Positions 47,234 through 58,639 of a stretch of 64,000 bases of DNA are shown one piece after another (within the stretch, counting starts at the first letter, position 1; each line of letters starts with the position of its first letter). The translations under genes and the position numbers were made by a program. The DNA is from an uncultured Raoultibacter sp. Lineage in GTDB: Bacteria > Actinomycetota > Coriobacteriia > Coriobacteriales > Eggerthellaceae. Below the pieces are notes generated by a model that was given only the letters and a program-made list of their open reading frames with translations, was not told where the DNA came from and did no database searches. The stretch is from assembly GCA_964345475.1 (NCBI GenBank), contig CAYFQW010000001.1, positions 21,043-85,042 of the forward strand. Direction: 5' to 3'.

Positions 47234-48724
47234 TTATTCTTTCACGAGACGAGCACCTTGAGGGGTGTCTTCTATTCGAAGCCCACAAGCAAGAATACCA
47301 TCGCGTACCGAGTCTGCTAAAGCCCAATCTTTTTGCTCACGCGCATATGCGCGTGCCTCAAGAAGCATCTTACAAGCCTCTTTCCTGTCCACACCCTCAT
47401 AGCCTGATAATTCTTGAGCCAAGAAAAGCAATTCTTCGGGATAATCGAAGCCTTCGCCGCTCTCTTCAAGTTCTATTCCCAAAACAGACATTTTGCTTAC
47501 AAGGGCCTCTTGAAGCTGTTGAAGCACCTCAAGCTTATCCTTGCTCACGCTTGCGCAAGATAAAACAGGATTTATATCCCCTATGAAAGCGAAAAGCTCT
47601 CCGAGGGCACCAGCCGTATTGAAATCGTCGTCCATCGCATCGATAAATTTAGTATTAAACTCTTCGATACGAGAATAAAGCCTTTCCTCATCCAAAGACG
47701 ACTCGCACTCTTGAGCGCTCTCACCGAGCCAGGAAAGCGTACGCAAAAAGTTTTCAATTCTCTCAAGAGCTGTTGCGGCCTCTTCAAGGCGTTCATCAGA
47801 AAAATCGAGGGGACTTCGATAATGCGTCTGCAGCATGAGCATACGTAAAACCTTCGGACTCGTGTGCTCAAGAACTTCTCGCAAAAGCTTGAAGTTGCCG
47901 AGAGATTTGCTCATTTTCTCGCTGTTTATCTGTAGCATGCCCCCATGGAGCCAGTATTTGGAAAACACGCATGAGCAGGCCGCCTCGCTTTGGGCGCGCT
48001 CGTTTTCATGATGGGGAAAAACAAGGTCAGAGCCTCCTCCATGGATATCGATCGGCTGACCTAAGTATTTTTTTGCCATAGCAGAACATTCAATATGCCA
48101 GCCAGGACGCCCCTTGCCCCAAGGTGATTCCCAGAAGGGCTCTCCGGGCTTCGCCGCCTTCCAGACAGCAAAATCTAGGGGGTCTCTCTTGCGGGCTTCA
48201 ATCCCTTGTCCGTCACTACGCAGGCTGCGATGTCCTGCTTCCATCTCGTCTACATCACGCCCTGACAGTTGCCCATATCCAGAGTAGGATCGTACAGAGA
48301 AGTACACATCACCTGCAGCCTCATAGGCATGTCCTTGCGAAATGAGACGTTCGATAAGCTCAAGCATGGTAGAAATCTCTTCTGTTGCTTTTGGGCGGAC
48401 ATCGGGATCAAGCACCCCCACTGCATGCATGTCGTCTATGAAAGCTTGCGTATATTTGCGGGCTATCTCCTCAGTACTACATCCCTCTTCTTGCGCACGG
48501 ATAATAATCTTATCGTCCACATCGGTGATGTTTTGGACAAACTTCACATCGAAGCCTCTCCATATGAGATACCGGCGAATTACATCAAAAGAGATGAAGG
48601 TACGGGCATTCCCAATGTGGATGTAGTTATACACGGTAGGCCCGCAGACATACATCGAGACCTTTCCCTGCTCCACTGGCTCGAAGCTTACTTTTTCACC
48701 TTGTTTTGTATCGTATATCCTCAT
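47234..48724 (-). CDS. cysS: Cysteine--tRNA ligase
   Basis: 496 aa, HIGNAR (HIGH) and KMSKSLGN motifs. Confidence 0.96.
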   Translation of the reverse strand: MRIYDTKQGEKVSFEPVEQGKVSMYVCGPTVYNYIHIGNARTFISFDVIRRYLIWRGFDVKFVQNITDVDDKIIIRAQEEGCSTEEIARKYTQAFIDDMHAVGVLDPDVRPKATEEISTMLELIERLISQGHAYEAAGDVYFSVRSYSGYGQLSGRDVDEMEAGHRSLRSDGQGIEARKRDPLDFAVWKAAKPGEPFWESPWGKGRPGWHIECSAMAKKYLGQPIDIHGGGSDLVFPHHENERAQSEAACSCVFSKYWLHGGMLQINSEKMSKSLGNFKLLREVLEHTSPKVLRMLMLQTHYRSPLDFSDERLEEAATALERIENFLRTLSWLGESAQECESSLDEERLYSRIEEFNTKFIDAMDDDFNTAGALGELFAFIGDINPVLSCASVSKDKLEVLQQLQEALVSKMSVLGIELEESGEGFDYPEELLFLAQELSGYEGVDRKEACKMLLEARAYAREQKDWALADSVRDGILACGLRIEDTPQGARLVKE

Positions 48725-48881
48725 TAAGGACTTCCTCTTTCTCTGCGTATAACGCTTGCTTCGGGTCTATTTCTGAAGCCTTAGCCTCGGCTTACTGTGT
48801 ATCCTCTTCTACCTGAATAGGCTTATGTAGATACATATTAATACATTCGAATAAAGAAGTGTATTCGACAGAACCTATGAT

Positions 48882-49538
48882 TTAGGTAATGTCGAGATGT
48901 ATGTGCTCAAGAAGCCGGTCTATATCAAAGCGGAGAGAAGCGATTTCTTCGGCCATTGGGTCAGGGAGGTTTTCACGACGCGTTTCGGCGTCTACGCGCT
49001 CAAGTTCCACCCTTTTTCCATCCCGGACGATGATATGCCCCGGAACACCTACCACCGTACAGTTACAGGGAACATCACTGACCACAACCGCTCCACCCCC
49101 GACCTTTGAATTTTTTCCGATGGTAATGTTTCCTAAAACAGAAGCTCCAACCCCAACTAAAACACCATCTTCAAGGGTAGGGTGACGCTTCCCAGCTTCC
49201 TTTCCCGTACCCCCTAAAGTTACTCCCTGATATAGGGTAACATCATCACCTATGAGAGTAGTCTCTCCGATGATGACACCCATGGCATGGTCGATGAAGA
49301 ATCGTCTTCCGATGACTGCTCCGGGATGTATTTCCACGCCTGTTATGAATCGTGTGAATTGCGAAGAGATTCGGGCGATTGCCTTGAGCCCATGGTTCCA
49401 GAGCCAATGCTCCACCACATGTGACCAGCGCGCATGCAAACCGGGATACGTGAGCCACACAATGAAAGACCCCTGGGCTGCCGGGTCACGTTGCTTTACG
49501 GCTGCTATATCTTCTCGTATTATTTTGAAAATATTCAT
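48882..49538 (-). CDS. cysE: Serine O-acetyltransferase
   Basis: 218 aa, N-terminal IREDIAAVKQRDPAA and left-handed beta-helix hexapeptide repeats (GAVIG..., GDDVTLYQGVTLGG...). Confidence 0.9.
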   Translation of the reverse strand: MNIFKIIREDIAAVKQRDPAAQGSFIVWLTYPGLHARWSHVVEHWLWNHGLKAIARISSQFTRFITGVEIHPGAVIGRRFFIDHAMGVIIGETTLIGDDVTLYQGVTLGGTGKEAGKRHPTLEDGVLVGVGASVLGNITIGKNSKVGGGAVVVSDVPCNCTVVGVPGHIIVRDGKRVELERVDAETRRENLPDPMAEEIASLRFDIDRLLEHIHLDIT

Positions 49539-49686
49539 TCCACTAAAACCTCTATATATCGTGCCGCGAACACCGTGCCATTGTATCTGAATATCGTGCC
49601 AGGGTTACGTTCAAGCTCTTACACTGAGTCTTTTCAACGTGAAATACTACCCCTGTCGTTATCGCCAGTAAGCAAAACTCCCCCTC

Positions 49687-50229
49687 TTAGCCACACCGGC
49701 GCAGGAGACAAACTGCCCTTGCAGAAATCCCTTCTTCCCGTCCTTCAAAACCTAGTTCCTCTGTGGTGGTTGCCTTAAGTCCTATCGAGTCAACGGGGAT
49801 TTCCATCGCGCTAGCTAAGTTTTCCCGCATGCGGTCGCGATACGGGGACAGTTTTGGTTTTTGAGCCGCGACAACGCTATCTACATCGAGAATCTCGTAG
49901 TTATTTTCGCGGACGATCTGAACCACTTGCCTCAATAGCCCTATAGAATTGCTCCCTTTGTAGGCAGGGTCGCTGTCAGGAAACAGCGCACCTATGTCTC
50001 CGAGCCGACTGGCACCCAACAAGGCATCGGATACAGCATGCGCCAAGACATCAGCATCGGAATGACCTTTGAGCCCAAGCTTGTGAGGGATCTCAACTCC
50101 CCCTAAAACAAGCTTGCACCCCTCTTCAAGCGCATGTACATCATATCCGAGGCCGATCCTCAAAGATGAGAATGGGGTGTTTTCTACGTTTTGGCTTGTG
50201 CTTTCCACCTTACATGCCCTACTGCTCAT
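49687..50229 (-). CDS. ispF: 2-C-methyl-D-erythritol 2,4-cyclodiphosphate synthase
   Basis: LRIGLGYDVHAL...GHSDADVLAHAVSDALLGA. N-terminal extension of about 20 aa. Overlaps the ispD 3' end by 11 nt. Confidence 0.92.
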   Translation of the reverse strand: MSSRACKVESTSQNVENTPFSSLRIGLGYDVHALEEGCKLVLGGVEIPHKLGLKGHSDADVLAHAVSDALLGASRLGDIGALFPDSDPAYKGSNSIGLLRQVVQIVRENNYEILDVDSVVAAQKPKLSPYRDRMRENLASAMEIPVDSIGLKATTTEELGFEGREEGISARAVCLLRRCG

Positions 50230-51058
50230 CTTTGTCGCGTGATGTCTGCACTGCCGCGGAAAGAATTTTATAATCTTCAGGCACGGTTAGCTTAATATTG
50301 TCGCGCTTACCTTCAACGACAAGCACCTTCCCACCCAAGCGCTCTATTAAAGAAGAATCGTCAGTTCCAACAAAACCGTCCGATAGAGCCGCTGCATGGG
50401 CTCTCCGATATATACCCGCTCGAAAAACCTGCGGTGTTTGGGCGTTCCAAAAAACCCTTCTGTCAGGTGTTCCAACGATAACGCCGTTTTCTACCACCTT
50501 AAGGGTGTCGATGGCAGGATGAGCAACAACCGCTCCGTCACAATCGATGTTGCCTTTAAGCGTGTTGATCGTATGCAAGATCTGTTCAGGCGGCACTAAG
50601 GGACGAGCGCCATCATGCAAAACCACATACTCATACTCATCTGGCACATATTCGAGTCCTGAGAAAGCTGACTCTTGCCGGACAGTACCCGCAGGAGCTA
50701 CGACGATCGGTGTAACAAAAGGAAATGGATCTATAGCGCGCCGCAAATACTCTTCTTGCTTATCTTCTGGACAAACAATGACCATGAGGCCCACATCGCC
50801 TACCGCATCGAATGATTCCGCGGACCAGGTTAAGACAGGCTTGCCTGCAATCTCAACAAGCTGCTTGCCTCCTTCTTCCCCAAAGCGCTCGCCTTGGCCG
50901 CCAGCTAAGATGATGGCTGCAGTTTTAGGGTTTTCATCAAGCTTCCCTCGAAGCTGACCGCTACTCTGCTCATCCGGAGTATCGTGGAGCTTATCGTCTT
51001 CAAAATGGGGAACCTTGAGAGCAGGTGGTGAAAAAATTGGATCTACTATTTTAACCAT
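50219..51058 (-). CDS. ispD: 2-C-methyl-D-erythritol 4-phosphate cytidylyltransferase
   Basis: AAIILAGGQGERFG...VLHDGARPLV. N-terminal extension of about 45 aa with no internal ATG alternative. Confidence 0.9.
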   Translation of the reverse strand: MVKIVDPIFSPPALKVPHFEDDKLHDTPDEQSSGQLRGKLDENPKTAAIILAGGQGERFGEEGGKQLVEIAGKPVLTWSAESFDAVGDVGLMVIVCPEDKQEEYLRRAIDPFPFVTPIVVAPAGTVRQESAFSGLEYVPDEYEYVVLHDGARPLVPPEQILHTINTLKGNIDCDGAVVAHPAIDTLKVVENGVIVGTPDRRVFWNAQTPQVFRAGIYRRAHAAALSDGFVGTDDSSLIERLGGKVLVVEGKRDNIKLTVPEDYKILSAAVQTSRDKDEQ

Positions 51059-51130
51059 GTCTCAAACTCCTCTTTTCTGAATATGGGTTTACTGAAACTC
51101 CATAGTACCTTAAAGATTTTCCTTAGACAA

Positions 51131-51154
51131 AGAGGGAGCCCGTAAGCTCCCTCT
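51131..51154 (-). terminator. Stem-loop after clpC (candidate terminator)
   Basis: AGAGGGAGC-N5/6-GCTCCCTCT 9-bp stem, 65 nt after the clpC stop. The following minus-strand sequence is TTGTCTAAGG. Confidence 0.45.
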
Positions 51155-51217
51155 AATCTCTTAAATTTCACATTATGAAAACTATCTTTTGCGACGAGGT
51201 AAGCTGATAGCCGATAT

Positions 51218-53776
51218 TTAATCAGCTATGCCCGACGCTCCTCCTGGAGCTAAGCCGGTATGCCCAAGTTCGTAGTCGGTAAGTAGCAGCTCTGTTTCCC
51301 GTGCAATACTATCTCGCTTACGTGGCTCAGGAATCTCACCACTTCCTTGTTCAAAAACAAGCTCGTCGTCTTTCAGATCGACATGAATGATCGATCCGCT
51401 CGTCCACCGTCCTTCGAGTATCTGCTCGGAGATAGGATCTTCCAATAGCCGCTGAATGGCTCGACGCAAAGGCCTTGCCCCAAAGGCAGTATCGGTACCC
51501 TCTTTCGCTATAAACTGAGCAGCTTCCTTACTCAAGTTGATCGACATATTCTGGGTTATCAGACGTTCGCGCAAATCAGCTACCATCAAGTCGACTATCT
51601 TCGTGATCTCTTCCCCGGTCAAGGACTTGAATACGATAATCTCATCGATACGGTTCAAGAACTCAGGTCGGAATATCTTCTTGACCTCGCTCATGACACG
51701 ACTTTTAATCTCCTTATCGGTAAGCCCCTGCGATTCCTCCGTACCGAATCCAAGCGGAGCGCTTTGGGCGATTTCGCGAGCGCCAACGTTAGAGGTCATA
51801 ATAATAATGGTATTGCGGAAATCAACCGTTCGCCCCTGGGCATCGGTCAAGCGACCTTCTTCAAGAATCTGGAGAAGTATATTGAAAACGTCAGGGTGCG
51901 CTTTTTCGATTTCATCAAACAGTATCACGGAATACGGTCTTTGGCGTACTGCCTTGGTAAGCTGTCCGCCCTCATCAAATCCCACATATCCTGGAGGTGA
52001 GCCTACGAGCCGTGAAACACTGTGCTTTTCCATATATTCGCTCATGTCAAGTGAGATGAGCGACTCTTCCGTATCAAAAAGGAATTCAGCTAAAGCCTTC
52101 GAGAGCTCAGTTTTGCCAACTCCGGATGGACCGAGGAATATAAACGAACCTGCTGGTCGCTTTGGATCTTTCAAGCCTGAGCGTGAACGTCGAATCGCTT
52201 TAGATATGGCCGTTACAGCTTCGTCTTGCCCAATAACCCGTTCATGGAGCACGCTTTCCATACGTAAAAGCTTTTCGGTTTCTGCTTCAGTCAGGTTCGA
52301 CACAGGTACGCCTGTAGACATTGAAACAACATCGGCAATATCCTCGACTGATATCTGGTGCACGCTCTTGTGAGTGTCCTCTTCCCACTCTTTTTCAGCC
52401 TCCGTACGCTTTTCTTTGAGCTCGGTCTCGAGATCGCGCAATCTTGCAGCTTCTTCGAAATCTTGTGATGCTATTGCCTCATCTTTTTCAGCACGAATGT
52501 GTCGCAATTCATCATCAAGCTCACGGAGCTCTTTAGGTAAAGTCATATTGCGGATACGCATACGGGCGCCTGCCTCATCAATGACGTCAATTGCCTTGTC
52601 TGGCAAGAAGCGGTCCTGGATATAACGGTCTGAAAGCGAAACAGCTGCTTGCAGAGCCTCATCAGTAAAAGCAACATGGTGATGAGCCTCATACCTATCG
52701 CGAAGGCCTTCCATGATACGCACTGCCTGTTCTTCACTTGGCTCGCCAACAGTAATGGGCTGAAAACGACGCTCAAGAGCAGAGTCTTTCTCAAGATGCT
52801 TACGGTATTCTTCGGTTGTCGTAGCACCAATTACTTGAATCTCTCCACGTGAAAGAGGCGGCTTGAGAATGGCGGCAGCATCTATTGAGCCTTCAGCGGA
52901 GCCTGCTCCTATCAACGTATGCATTTCATCGATGAACAAAATGATATCGCCGCTGTCCTGAACCTCTTTTATGCATTTCTTAAGACGATCCTCAAATTCT
53001 CCTCGATATTTAGAGCCTGCCACCAGGGCCGATATATCTAAGGTTATCAAGCGCTTCCCCCGTAAGATATCGGGAACTTGATTTGAGATGATAAGCTGGG
53101 CTAAGCCTTCCACAACTGCCGTTTTCCCAACACCGGGCTCACCAATGAGGAGAGGATTATTTTTTTGACGCCGCGACAAAATCTGCATGACGCGCTCTAT
53201 TTCGCCAGCGCGCCCAATTACAGGATCAAGCTCGCCTTTGCGCGCTTTCTGCGTAAGATCGGTGCCAAACTCTTTCAGAACACTGTCTGATGCAGCCTGA
53301 GGACCGTCAAAGGGGGTGCGCCCAGCGAAGACCGAACCCTGTCCGACAATATCGTTCAGGGTTGAACGGACAGAATCACCCGAAACACCGATATGCTCCA
53401 AAACATCCAGTGCGGTTCCCTCTCCTTCACGAACAATGCCTAGAAGCAGATGCTCAGTGGAGATGTAGCTCTGCCCCATCTGCATTGCCTCACGAAGAGA
53501 GTTCTCAAGCACGCGCTTGACCCGCGGGGTAAAACTTAAGTGCCCTGAAACGTCAGTGGTGTCATCAATGGTAACAACCTGACGAATAGCCTGCACCACA
53601 TCATCATAGCCTACTTCCAAGCGATCCAGCGCCTGGGCGGCCAAGCCTTCTTCTTCCTTTATAAGACCGAGTAAAAGATGCTCGGTCCCCACATAGGGTT
53701 GGTGCAGAGAACGAGCCTCTTCCTGCGCCAAAACCAATACCTTGCGGGCTTTGTCTGTAAACTTATCGAATGACAT
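51218..53776 (-). CDS. clpC: ATP-dependent Clp protease ATP-binding subunit ClpC
   Basis: 852 aa. Double Clp_N repeat, two AAA+ modules ([20 protein letters not shown]) and a UVR-like linker ([11 protein letters not shown]). Confidence 0.95.
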   Translation of the reverse strand: MSFDKFTDKARKVLVLAQEEARSLHQPYVGTEHLLLGLIKEEEGLAAQALDRLEVGYDDVVQAIRQVVTIDDTTDVSGHLSFTPRVKRVLENSLREAMQMGQSYISTEHLLLGIVREGEGTALDVLEHIGVSGDSVRSTLNDIVGQGSVFAGRTPFDGPQAASDSVLKEFGTDLTQKARKGELDPVIGRAGEIERVMQILSRRQKNNPLLIGEPGVGKTAVVEGLAQLIISNQVPDILRGKRLITLDISALVAGSKYRGEFEDRLKKCIKEVQDSGDIILFIDEMHTLIGAGSAEGSIDAAAILKPPLSRGEIQVIGATTTEEYRKHLEKDSALERRFQPITVGEPSEEQAVRIMEGLRDRYEAHHHVAFTDEALQAAVSLSDRYIQDRFLPDKAIDVIDEAGARMRIRNMTLPKELRELDDELRHIRAEKDEAIASQDFEEAARLRDLETELKEKRTEAEKEWEEDTHKSVHQISVEDIADVVSMSTGVPVSNLTEAETEKLLRMESVLHERVIGQDEAVTAISKAIRRSRSGLKDPKRPAGSFIFLGPSGVGKTELSKALAEFLFDTEESLISLDMSEYMEKHSVSRLVGSPPGYVGFDEGGQLTKAVRQRPYSVILFDEIEKAHPDVFNILLQILEEGRLTDAQGRTVDFRNTIIIMTSNVGAREIAQSAPLGFGTEESQGLTDKEIKSRVMSEVKKIFRPEFLNRIDEIIVFKSLTGEEITKIVDLMVADLRERLITQNMSINLSKEAAQFIAKEGTDTAFGARPLRRAIQRLLEDPISEQILEGRWTSGSIIHVDLKDDELVFEQGSGEIPEPRKRDSIARETELLLTDYELGHTGLAPGGASGIAD

Positions 53777-53778
53777 AG

Positions 53779-55278
53779 TTATTTCGCCTCCTCACGCATA
53801 TGGGGAAACAGCAAAACATCTCTGATGGATTCAGAGTTGGTCAAAAGCATAACCAAGCGATCGATACCTATACCTACTCCACCAGCCGGCGGCATGCCGT
53901 ATTCCAATGCACGTACGTAATCATCATCGTATCCCATGGCCTCTTCGTCTCCGGATTCTTTGGCAGCAACCTGTGCCTTGAACCGATCCGCCTGATCCAC
54001 GGGATCATTTAGCTCACTAAAACCATTACCATATTCATGCCCGCATATGAAGAGCTCGAAGCGGTCTGTAAGGTTCCCGTCATCAGATTTCTTTTTTGCC
54101 AACGGACTTACCTCTGTTGGATGTTCAGTAACAAAAGTCGGTTGTATTATCTTATGCTCTGCAACCGCTTCAAAAATTTCAAAAATAAGCTTGCCTTTAC
54201 CCCAAGCATCCAGAGGATTCACACCATATGAACGAGCAATATCTACCAGCTCATCACGCTCCAGATGAAAACCTACTTTCTCCTCTATTTGCTCGTTGAT
54301 GCAGTCAATCATAGTTTTATGCGGCCAGTCCCCCGACAAATCTATCTTTTGTCCCTGATACTCGATATGAAGGCTTCCCGTGGCAACAAGAGCTGCTTCT
54401 TGGATAAGCTCTTGCGTAAGACGGGCAATCCCCCTCATATCAGAGAAAGCACAGTAAGCTTCCATGGTTGTGAATTCTGGATTGTGATAATGATCGATAC
54501 CTTCGTTGCGAAAGAGTCGGCCTATCTCATATACCTTTTCAAACCCTCCCACTAAAAGCCTTTTCAGATGCAACTCTGTGGCGATGCGGAGATAGAAGTC
54601 TCGATCAAGGGCATTATGGTGGGTAATGAATGGCTTGGCATTAGCACCACCTAAAATAGGTTGCAAAACCGGTGTCTCTGCTTCAAAATATCCACGTTCA
54701 TCCATAAAACGACGTATGGCTGACACGACCTTAAAACGTGTTTCGAAGACTGTCCTCACTTCGGGGTTAACAATCAGATCGACATAGCGCTGACGGTATC
54801 GGGTTTCTTTATCCGTAAGGCCATGGAATTTCTCGGGCAGAGGGCGCAAGGATTTCGAGAGCAGCTCAAAACTCTCGACAGCAACTGAGAGCTCGCCGCG
54901 ACGGGTGCGCATCATAGTGCCATTTACGCCAATCCAATCCCCTACGTCAAGATCTTTGAGCTCCTTGTAGACCTCGTCTCCCAGTGTATTAATACGGCAG
55001 AATAATTGCACCTCCGCTGTCGAATCTCGGATGACAAGAAATGCGACCTTCCCCTGATCGCGCTTGGCCATGATACGTCCGACTATACAGACGGCATCCT
55101 CCGTGGACTCCCCTTCTTCAAGGGCGGCATAGCGTTCCTGAAGCTCGTGTATATGATGGCTGAATTCGAAGCTGTGGCCGTATGGATTTTTCCCTGCACG
55201 TATAAGAGCCTCGCGTTTGAGTCGACGAACTTCTACGGGATCGTCTTCAATTACTTCTGGATTGCCTTCTTCGCTCAT
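53779..55278 (-). CDS. lysS: Lysine--tRNA ligase (class II)
   Basis: Class II core (FRNEGIDHYHNPEFTTMEAY, GIGIDRLVMLLT). Start MSEEGNPEV at ATG 55276-55278 (GAGGA RBS) rather than 55347. Confidence 0.95.
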   Translation of the reverse strand: MSEEGNPEVIEDDPVEVRRLKREALIRAGKNPYGHSFEFSHHIHELQERYAALEEGESTEDAVCIVGRIMAKRDQGKVAFLVIRDSTAEVQLFCRINTLGDEVYKELKDLDVGDWIGVNGTMMRTRRGELSVAVESFELLSKSLRPLPEKFHGLTDKETRYRQRYVDLIVNPEVRTVFETRFKVVSAIRRFMDERGYFEAETPVLQPILGGANAKPFITHHNALDRDFYLRIATELHLKRLLVGGFEKVYEIGRLFRNEGIDHYHNPEFTTMEAYCAFSDMRGIARLTQELIQEAALVATGSLHIEYQGQKIDLSGDWPHKTMIDCINEQIEEKVGFHLERDELVDIARSYGVNPLDAWGKGKLIFEIFEAVAEHKIIQPTFVTEHPTEVSPLAKKKSDDGNLTDRFELFICGHEYGNGFSELNDPVDQADRFKAQVAAKESGDEEAMGYDDDYVRALEYGMPPAGGVGIGIDRLVMLLTNSESIRDVLLFPHMREEAK

Positions 55279-55435
55279 TATTCCTCTTCCTGCCAGCGCT
55301 TCTCCACAGACTAACAATAGATAGTTCTTATCGGTCTTTGAGAGCAACTACCTGCATACGCAGATAGGCCATTGAGCTTTTTGCCCCGCCTAACCTGCGG
55401 ATACCACTACATTCAATCGGCTCAACCCGATATTA

Positions 55436-55906
55436 TCAATATTCAATTTTTTCGATAGTGAGAGATATTTCTTTCCCTGTAGGGCCTACCGCCTTAACAG
55501 AATCTCCCTTTTTCCCGCCGAGCAGCGCAGCTCCGACAGGAGACTCATTGGAAATCTTCCCTTCGGAAGCATCGCTTTCAGCGGCGCCCACTATGACAAA
55601 CTGGCGCTCGCGGCCGTCCATCATAACAGTCACCTTACTCCCAATATTCACTTTGCTTGAACGCTTCGGCACAGTAACCACCGTAGCCTCACTCAGAATA
55701 CGGCTGATTTCTGAAATACGTGCCTCCATCATGCCTTGCTCGTTCTTGGCGTCATCGTATTCCGAGTTCTCTGAAATATCGCCGAACTCACGTGCTATTC
55801 GGATACGCTCGCCTATTTCAGCCCGTTTAACTGTTTCAAGGTAATGCAATTCGTCCTCAAGTTTAATCTTGCCATCTTGAGTCAGGATCATGTCTTTATC
55901 TGCCAT
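55436..55906 (-). CDS. greA: Transcription elongation factor GreA
   Basis: 156 aa, ...REFGDISENSEYDDAKNEQG... Confidence 0.95.
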   Translation of the reverse strand: MADKDMILTQDGKIKLEDELHYLETVKRAEIGERIRIAREFGDISENSEYDDAKNEQGMMEARISEISRILSEATVVTVPKRSSKVNIGSKVTVMMDGRERQFVIVGAAESDASEGKISNESPVGAALLGGKKGDSVKAVGPTGKEISLTIEKIEY

Positions 55907-55937
55907 ATTATTCCCACCTATTCGCTATATAAAACAG

Positions 55938-55968
55938 GCAGGCACTCTATGCCTGCTCATTTTTTTTC
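55938..55968. terminator. Hairpin with flanking T/A runs downstream of tatA (bidirectional terminator-like)
   Basis: GCAGGCA-ctcta-TGCCTGC, followed by TCATTTTTTTT on the plus strand and by CTGTTTTAT on the minus strand. Confidence 0.55.
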
Positions 55969-56072
55969 ATCACTCACATACCGATTCGATTTACACCATG
56001 GGATAAGAGTATGAAAAACGCGGCTTTTGTTTTTTGGAACAGAGCCGCGCATATGACCGAAATATCAAATTA

Positions 56073-56336
56073 TTAATCGTTTTTATTTTTTTTGGAAGTG
56101 CTTTTCTTGGATGTAGATTTTGTCGCAGGCTTTTCCTCTTCTTCTGCCTCTTCTATCTCGACATCGTCTTCGTCGATTTCTTCCTCGCCAGCGTCGCTGC
56201 CCATGCCGTCACGTAAGTTCTTGACGGTCTTACCCAAAGCGCTTCCAAGCTTTGGAAGGTTCTTGGGACCGAAGATAAGCAAGACCACCACAAGGATGAT
56301 TGCTAGTTCAGGAACTCCCATGCCCAAAATTTTCAT
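56073..56336 (-). CDS. tatA: Twin-arginine translocase subunit TatA/E with an acidic-then-basic C-terminal tail
   Basis: [42 protein letters not shown]. Start at ATG 56334-56336 (GGAGGA RBS) rather than 56375. No tatC is adjacent. Confidence 0.88.
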   Translation of the reverse strand: MKILGMGVPELAIILVVVLLIFGPKNLPKLGSALGKTVKNLRDGMGSDAGEEEIDEDDVEIEEAEEEEKPATKSTSKKSTSKKNKND

Positions 56337-56493
56337 ATATTCCTCCAAGCGTTCAACAAAGTAGGATACCCCCACCGAGATAACCCCGATAGAGTATCAT
56401 AGTTTAAGTCAATGATTGCACCAACTCTAGAAAAGAATAAACAGAGCAGAATTTTTTCGAAAACCCTACCGACGCAAAAGACTGGATGCTTGT

Positions 56494-57174
56494 ATGAAGC
56501 CGATTGATGTAGATATAGACGTTTTAAAACTATGCCCTCTGTTCGCCAACGTAGCTGAGAGCGACATACACACGATCCTTAGCTGCCTCAACTCCTTCGT
56601 GAAGTCTTACCCAAAAGACGATTTCATCTTTGTCGCGGGGGAGAAGCCTCATGAGGTAGGAGTCGTTATGCGCGGAAGTGTCACCCTCTTTCAAGAAGAT
56701 TACTGGGGAAACAAAAGCCTCGTTGAGAAGATTTCAACGGGTGGACTCTTTGCCGAAGCCTTCGTAAGTGCAAAAGCGCCCATCGCCCTCCATGTTGTCG
56801 CAGCAAGTGACACTGAGATTTTATTTATTGATTACGATCGCATCATGACACTGTGCTCGTCAGCCTGTGCCTTCCACCAGATTCTTATCAAAAATATCGT
56901 TTCAGCGATAGCTTTCAAAAACATCGCTCTTATGCGAAAGCTTGAGCACATTTCCAAGAGAAGTATTCAAGAAAAGCTGCTATCGTACCTTTCAGAACAG
57001 GCGATTGCTCATAACTCTTCCCAATTTGCACTTCCTTTTTCACGTCAAGAGCTGGCCGACTACCTTTCTATCGACCGTGCATCCCTGTCGCGTTCCTTAA
57101 GCTTGATGAAAGACAGGGGCCTGATCGACTACCAGGGTAATAAGTTTACCCTCTATGACAGACTCGACCGCTAA
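56494..57174 (+). CDS. Crp/Fnr family transcriptional regulator
   Basis: 226 aa. N-terminal cNMP-binding-like domain and C-terminal HTH (RQELADYLSIDRASLSRSLSLMKDRGLI). No FNR-type N-terminal Cys cluster. Confidence 0.85.
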   Translation: MKPIDVDIDVLKLCPLFANVAESDIHTILSCLNSFVKSYPKDDFIFVAGEKPHEVGVVMRGSVTLFQEDYWGNKSLVEKISTGGLFAEAFVSAKAPIALHVVAASDTEILFIDYDRIMTLCSSACAFHQILIKNIVSAIAFKNIALMRKLEHISKRSIQEKLLSYLSEQAIAHNSSQFALPFSRQELADYLSIDRASLSRSLSLMKDRGLIDYQGNKFTLYDRLDR

Positions 57175-57263
57175 ACCCCCGCCCCTTTCATACGTATAGA
57201 AGCGCACAGCATGTGCCTCCTTAGACCATGTTCACACTTGAACACAGGCGTTCCCTCAAAAGC

Positions 57264-58145
57264 CTATAAGAGGGCATGCAGTGCAGCAATATGCTGGGGT
57301 TCAGTACCGCAGCAGCCTCCCACAATGCTCGCACCAGCATCAAGAAGCTCCCTGGCAGCTGATGCGAAGTCTTCTGGACTTACGTCGTATACGACCTTGC
57401 CCTCTATCATCTGGGGAAGCCCTGCGTTGGGCTGTGCGATGATAGGCAGCTTCGTGCATGACGCAAGCTCAGCGATGAGGGGGATCATTTCTTTGGGCCC
57501 AGTAGAGCAATTAGCTCCGAGGGCGTGCACCCCCAGCTCCTCAAGGAGAGTCGCAGCGTCAGTGGGGCTTACCCCAAAATACGTCCGCCCTCCCTCGCCA
57601 AAGCTCATAGTTACAAATATTGGAAGCTTACACGCATCTTTTGCAGCACGAACCGCCTCCCTGAGCTCAGCCGTATCACTCATTGTTTCAATCAGTATAA
57701 GGTCGGCTCCTGCTTTTGCTGCAGCATCGGCCTGCTCGAAGAAAAGATCGTATGCCTCCTCAGGCTCGACATCGCCGAAGGGTTCTAGCATGACCCCCAA
57801 AGGCCCCATATCGCCTGCCACAAAACGAGCTCCTGCAGTGCGGGCACAGTTGACGGCTGCCGTATATACCTCGATAACGCTAGCACGGCCCTGTAAGGCA
57901 AGGGCGTTCGAATTGAAGGTGTTTGTCGTGATAACCTGTGCTCCAGCCTGGCAATACGCACTTTGGATACGAATAATAAGATCTGGGTCCTCAATACATA
58001 AAAGATCAGAGCTCACCCCTGGCACAGATTTCCCTTCCTTCTGTATCATCGTCCCCATAGCCCCATCAAACAATAGCTTCTCCTGGTTTGAAGCAAGCTT
58101 CTGCAAATACTCGTGCACGTCAAACCCCTCTCTCCACAGCCCCAT
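57264..58145 (-). CDS. Homocysteine S-methyltransferase domain protein (stand-alone, MmuM/YbgG-like)
   Basis: 293 aa, LLFDGAMGTMIQ..., Zn-ligand cysteines in GANCSTGP and GGCCGTEPQHI. Confidence 0.85.
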   Translation of the reverse strand: MGLWREGFDVHEYLQKLASNQEKLLFDGAMGTMIQKEGKSVPGVSSDLLCIEDPDLIIRIQSAYCQAGAQVITTNTFNSNALALQGRASVIEVYTAAVNCARTAGARFVAGDMGPLGVMLEPFGDVEPEEAYDLFFEQADAAAKAGADLILIETMSDTAELREAVRAAKDACKLPIFVTMSFGEGGRTYFGVSPTDAATLLEELGVHALGANCSTGPKEMIPLIAELASCTKLPIIAQPNAGLPQMIEGKVVYDVSPEDFASAARELLDAGASIVGGCCGTEPQHIAALHALL

Positions 58146-58639
58146 AGCTGAAAATCTTTTCTTCCTTGGCCCAAGATTTTAGCTCGTCATGTTTGGCCCA
58201 TATAGGTCCTCGAAGCGAATCTGCAGCCTTATTATACCGAGCCTAAGTCCTTTACGGCTCAGTAAAACGGCAAGCGAGTATCTTATCGGTCTCGAATCTC
58301 GCGCCTTCGTTTGACCCATCCAAGACGAGCAAAAGCCTCCAACCGCAAAACTGCCCATGTTTGCCGATAGCAAAGCCCGGCAGAGGCTTCGTGCGCACAT
58401 CTGCAAGTGTTTTTTGTCTCAAGCCAAACTTGTTCGTTAATCAAAAAAATATTCATATTTTCATTCCAGACCAGTTAAATCGGTGTTTTTTAACCGAGAA
58501 AGCACGCATTCCAGCAACTCTTTCTGTTTTAAGCTTTCTGTTTTCCCTCTTCATGTGTAGAATAAAGCAGTCAGTATTAGGTAGATCAGTAACCTTCACG
58601 TATGACAATTAAATACAAGAAGAGAAAAGGGGATTATAA

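Noticed and set aside
51537-52373. 278-aa plus-strand ORF inside clpC
   Set aside because: It is an antisense shadow ORF of a highly conserved AAA+ gene, with a Ser/Arg-rich low-complexity translation and no independent signals.
57211-58182. 323-aa plus-strand ORF covering the whole homocysteine methyltransferase gene
   Set aside because: It is antisense to a gene with clear conserved motifs (Zn-Cys ligands). The translation is low-complexity Ser/Ala/Pro/Arg-rich, as expected for the reverse frame of a GC-biased coding region. It has no RBS or recognisable domain.
58146-58639. Possible SAM, B12 or T-box riboswitch in the 494-nt region upstream of the homocysteine methyltransferase gene
   Set aside because: I read both strands for SAM-I/IV, cobalamin (B12-box) and T-box hallmarks and could not recognise any. 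A TATAAT at 58231-58236 (minus strand) would leave only a leader of about 80 nt. A local AAGCCTC...GAGGCTT pairing and a TTTCTGTTTT x2 direct repeat exist but are not diagnostic. A covariance-model scan (Rfam/Infernal) would settle it.
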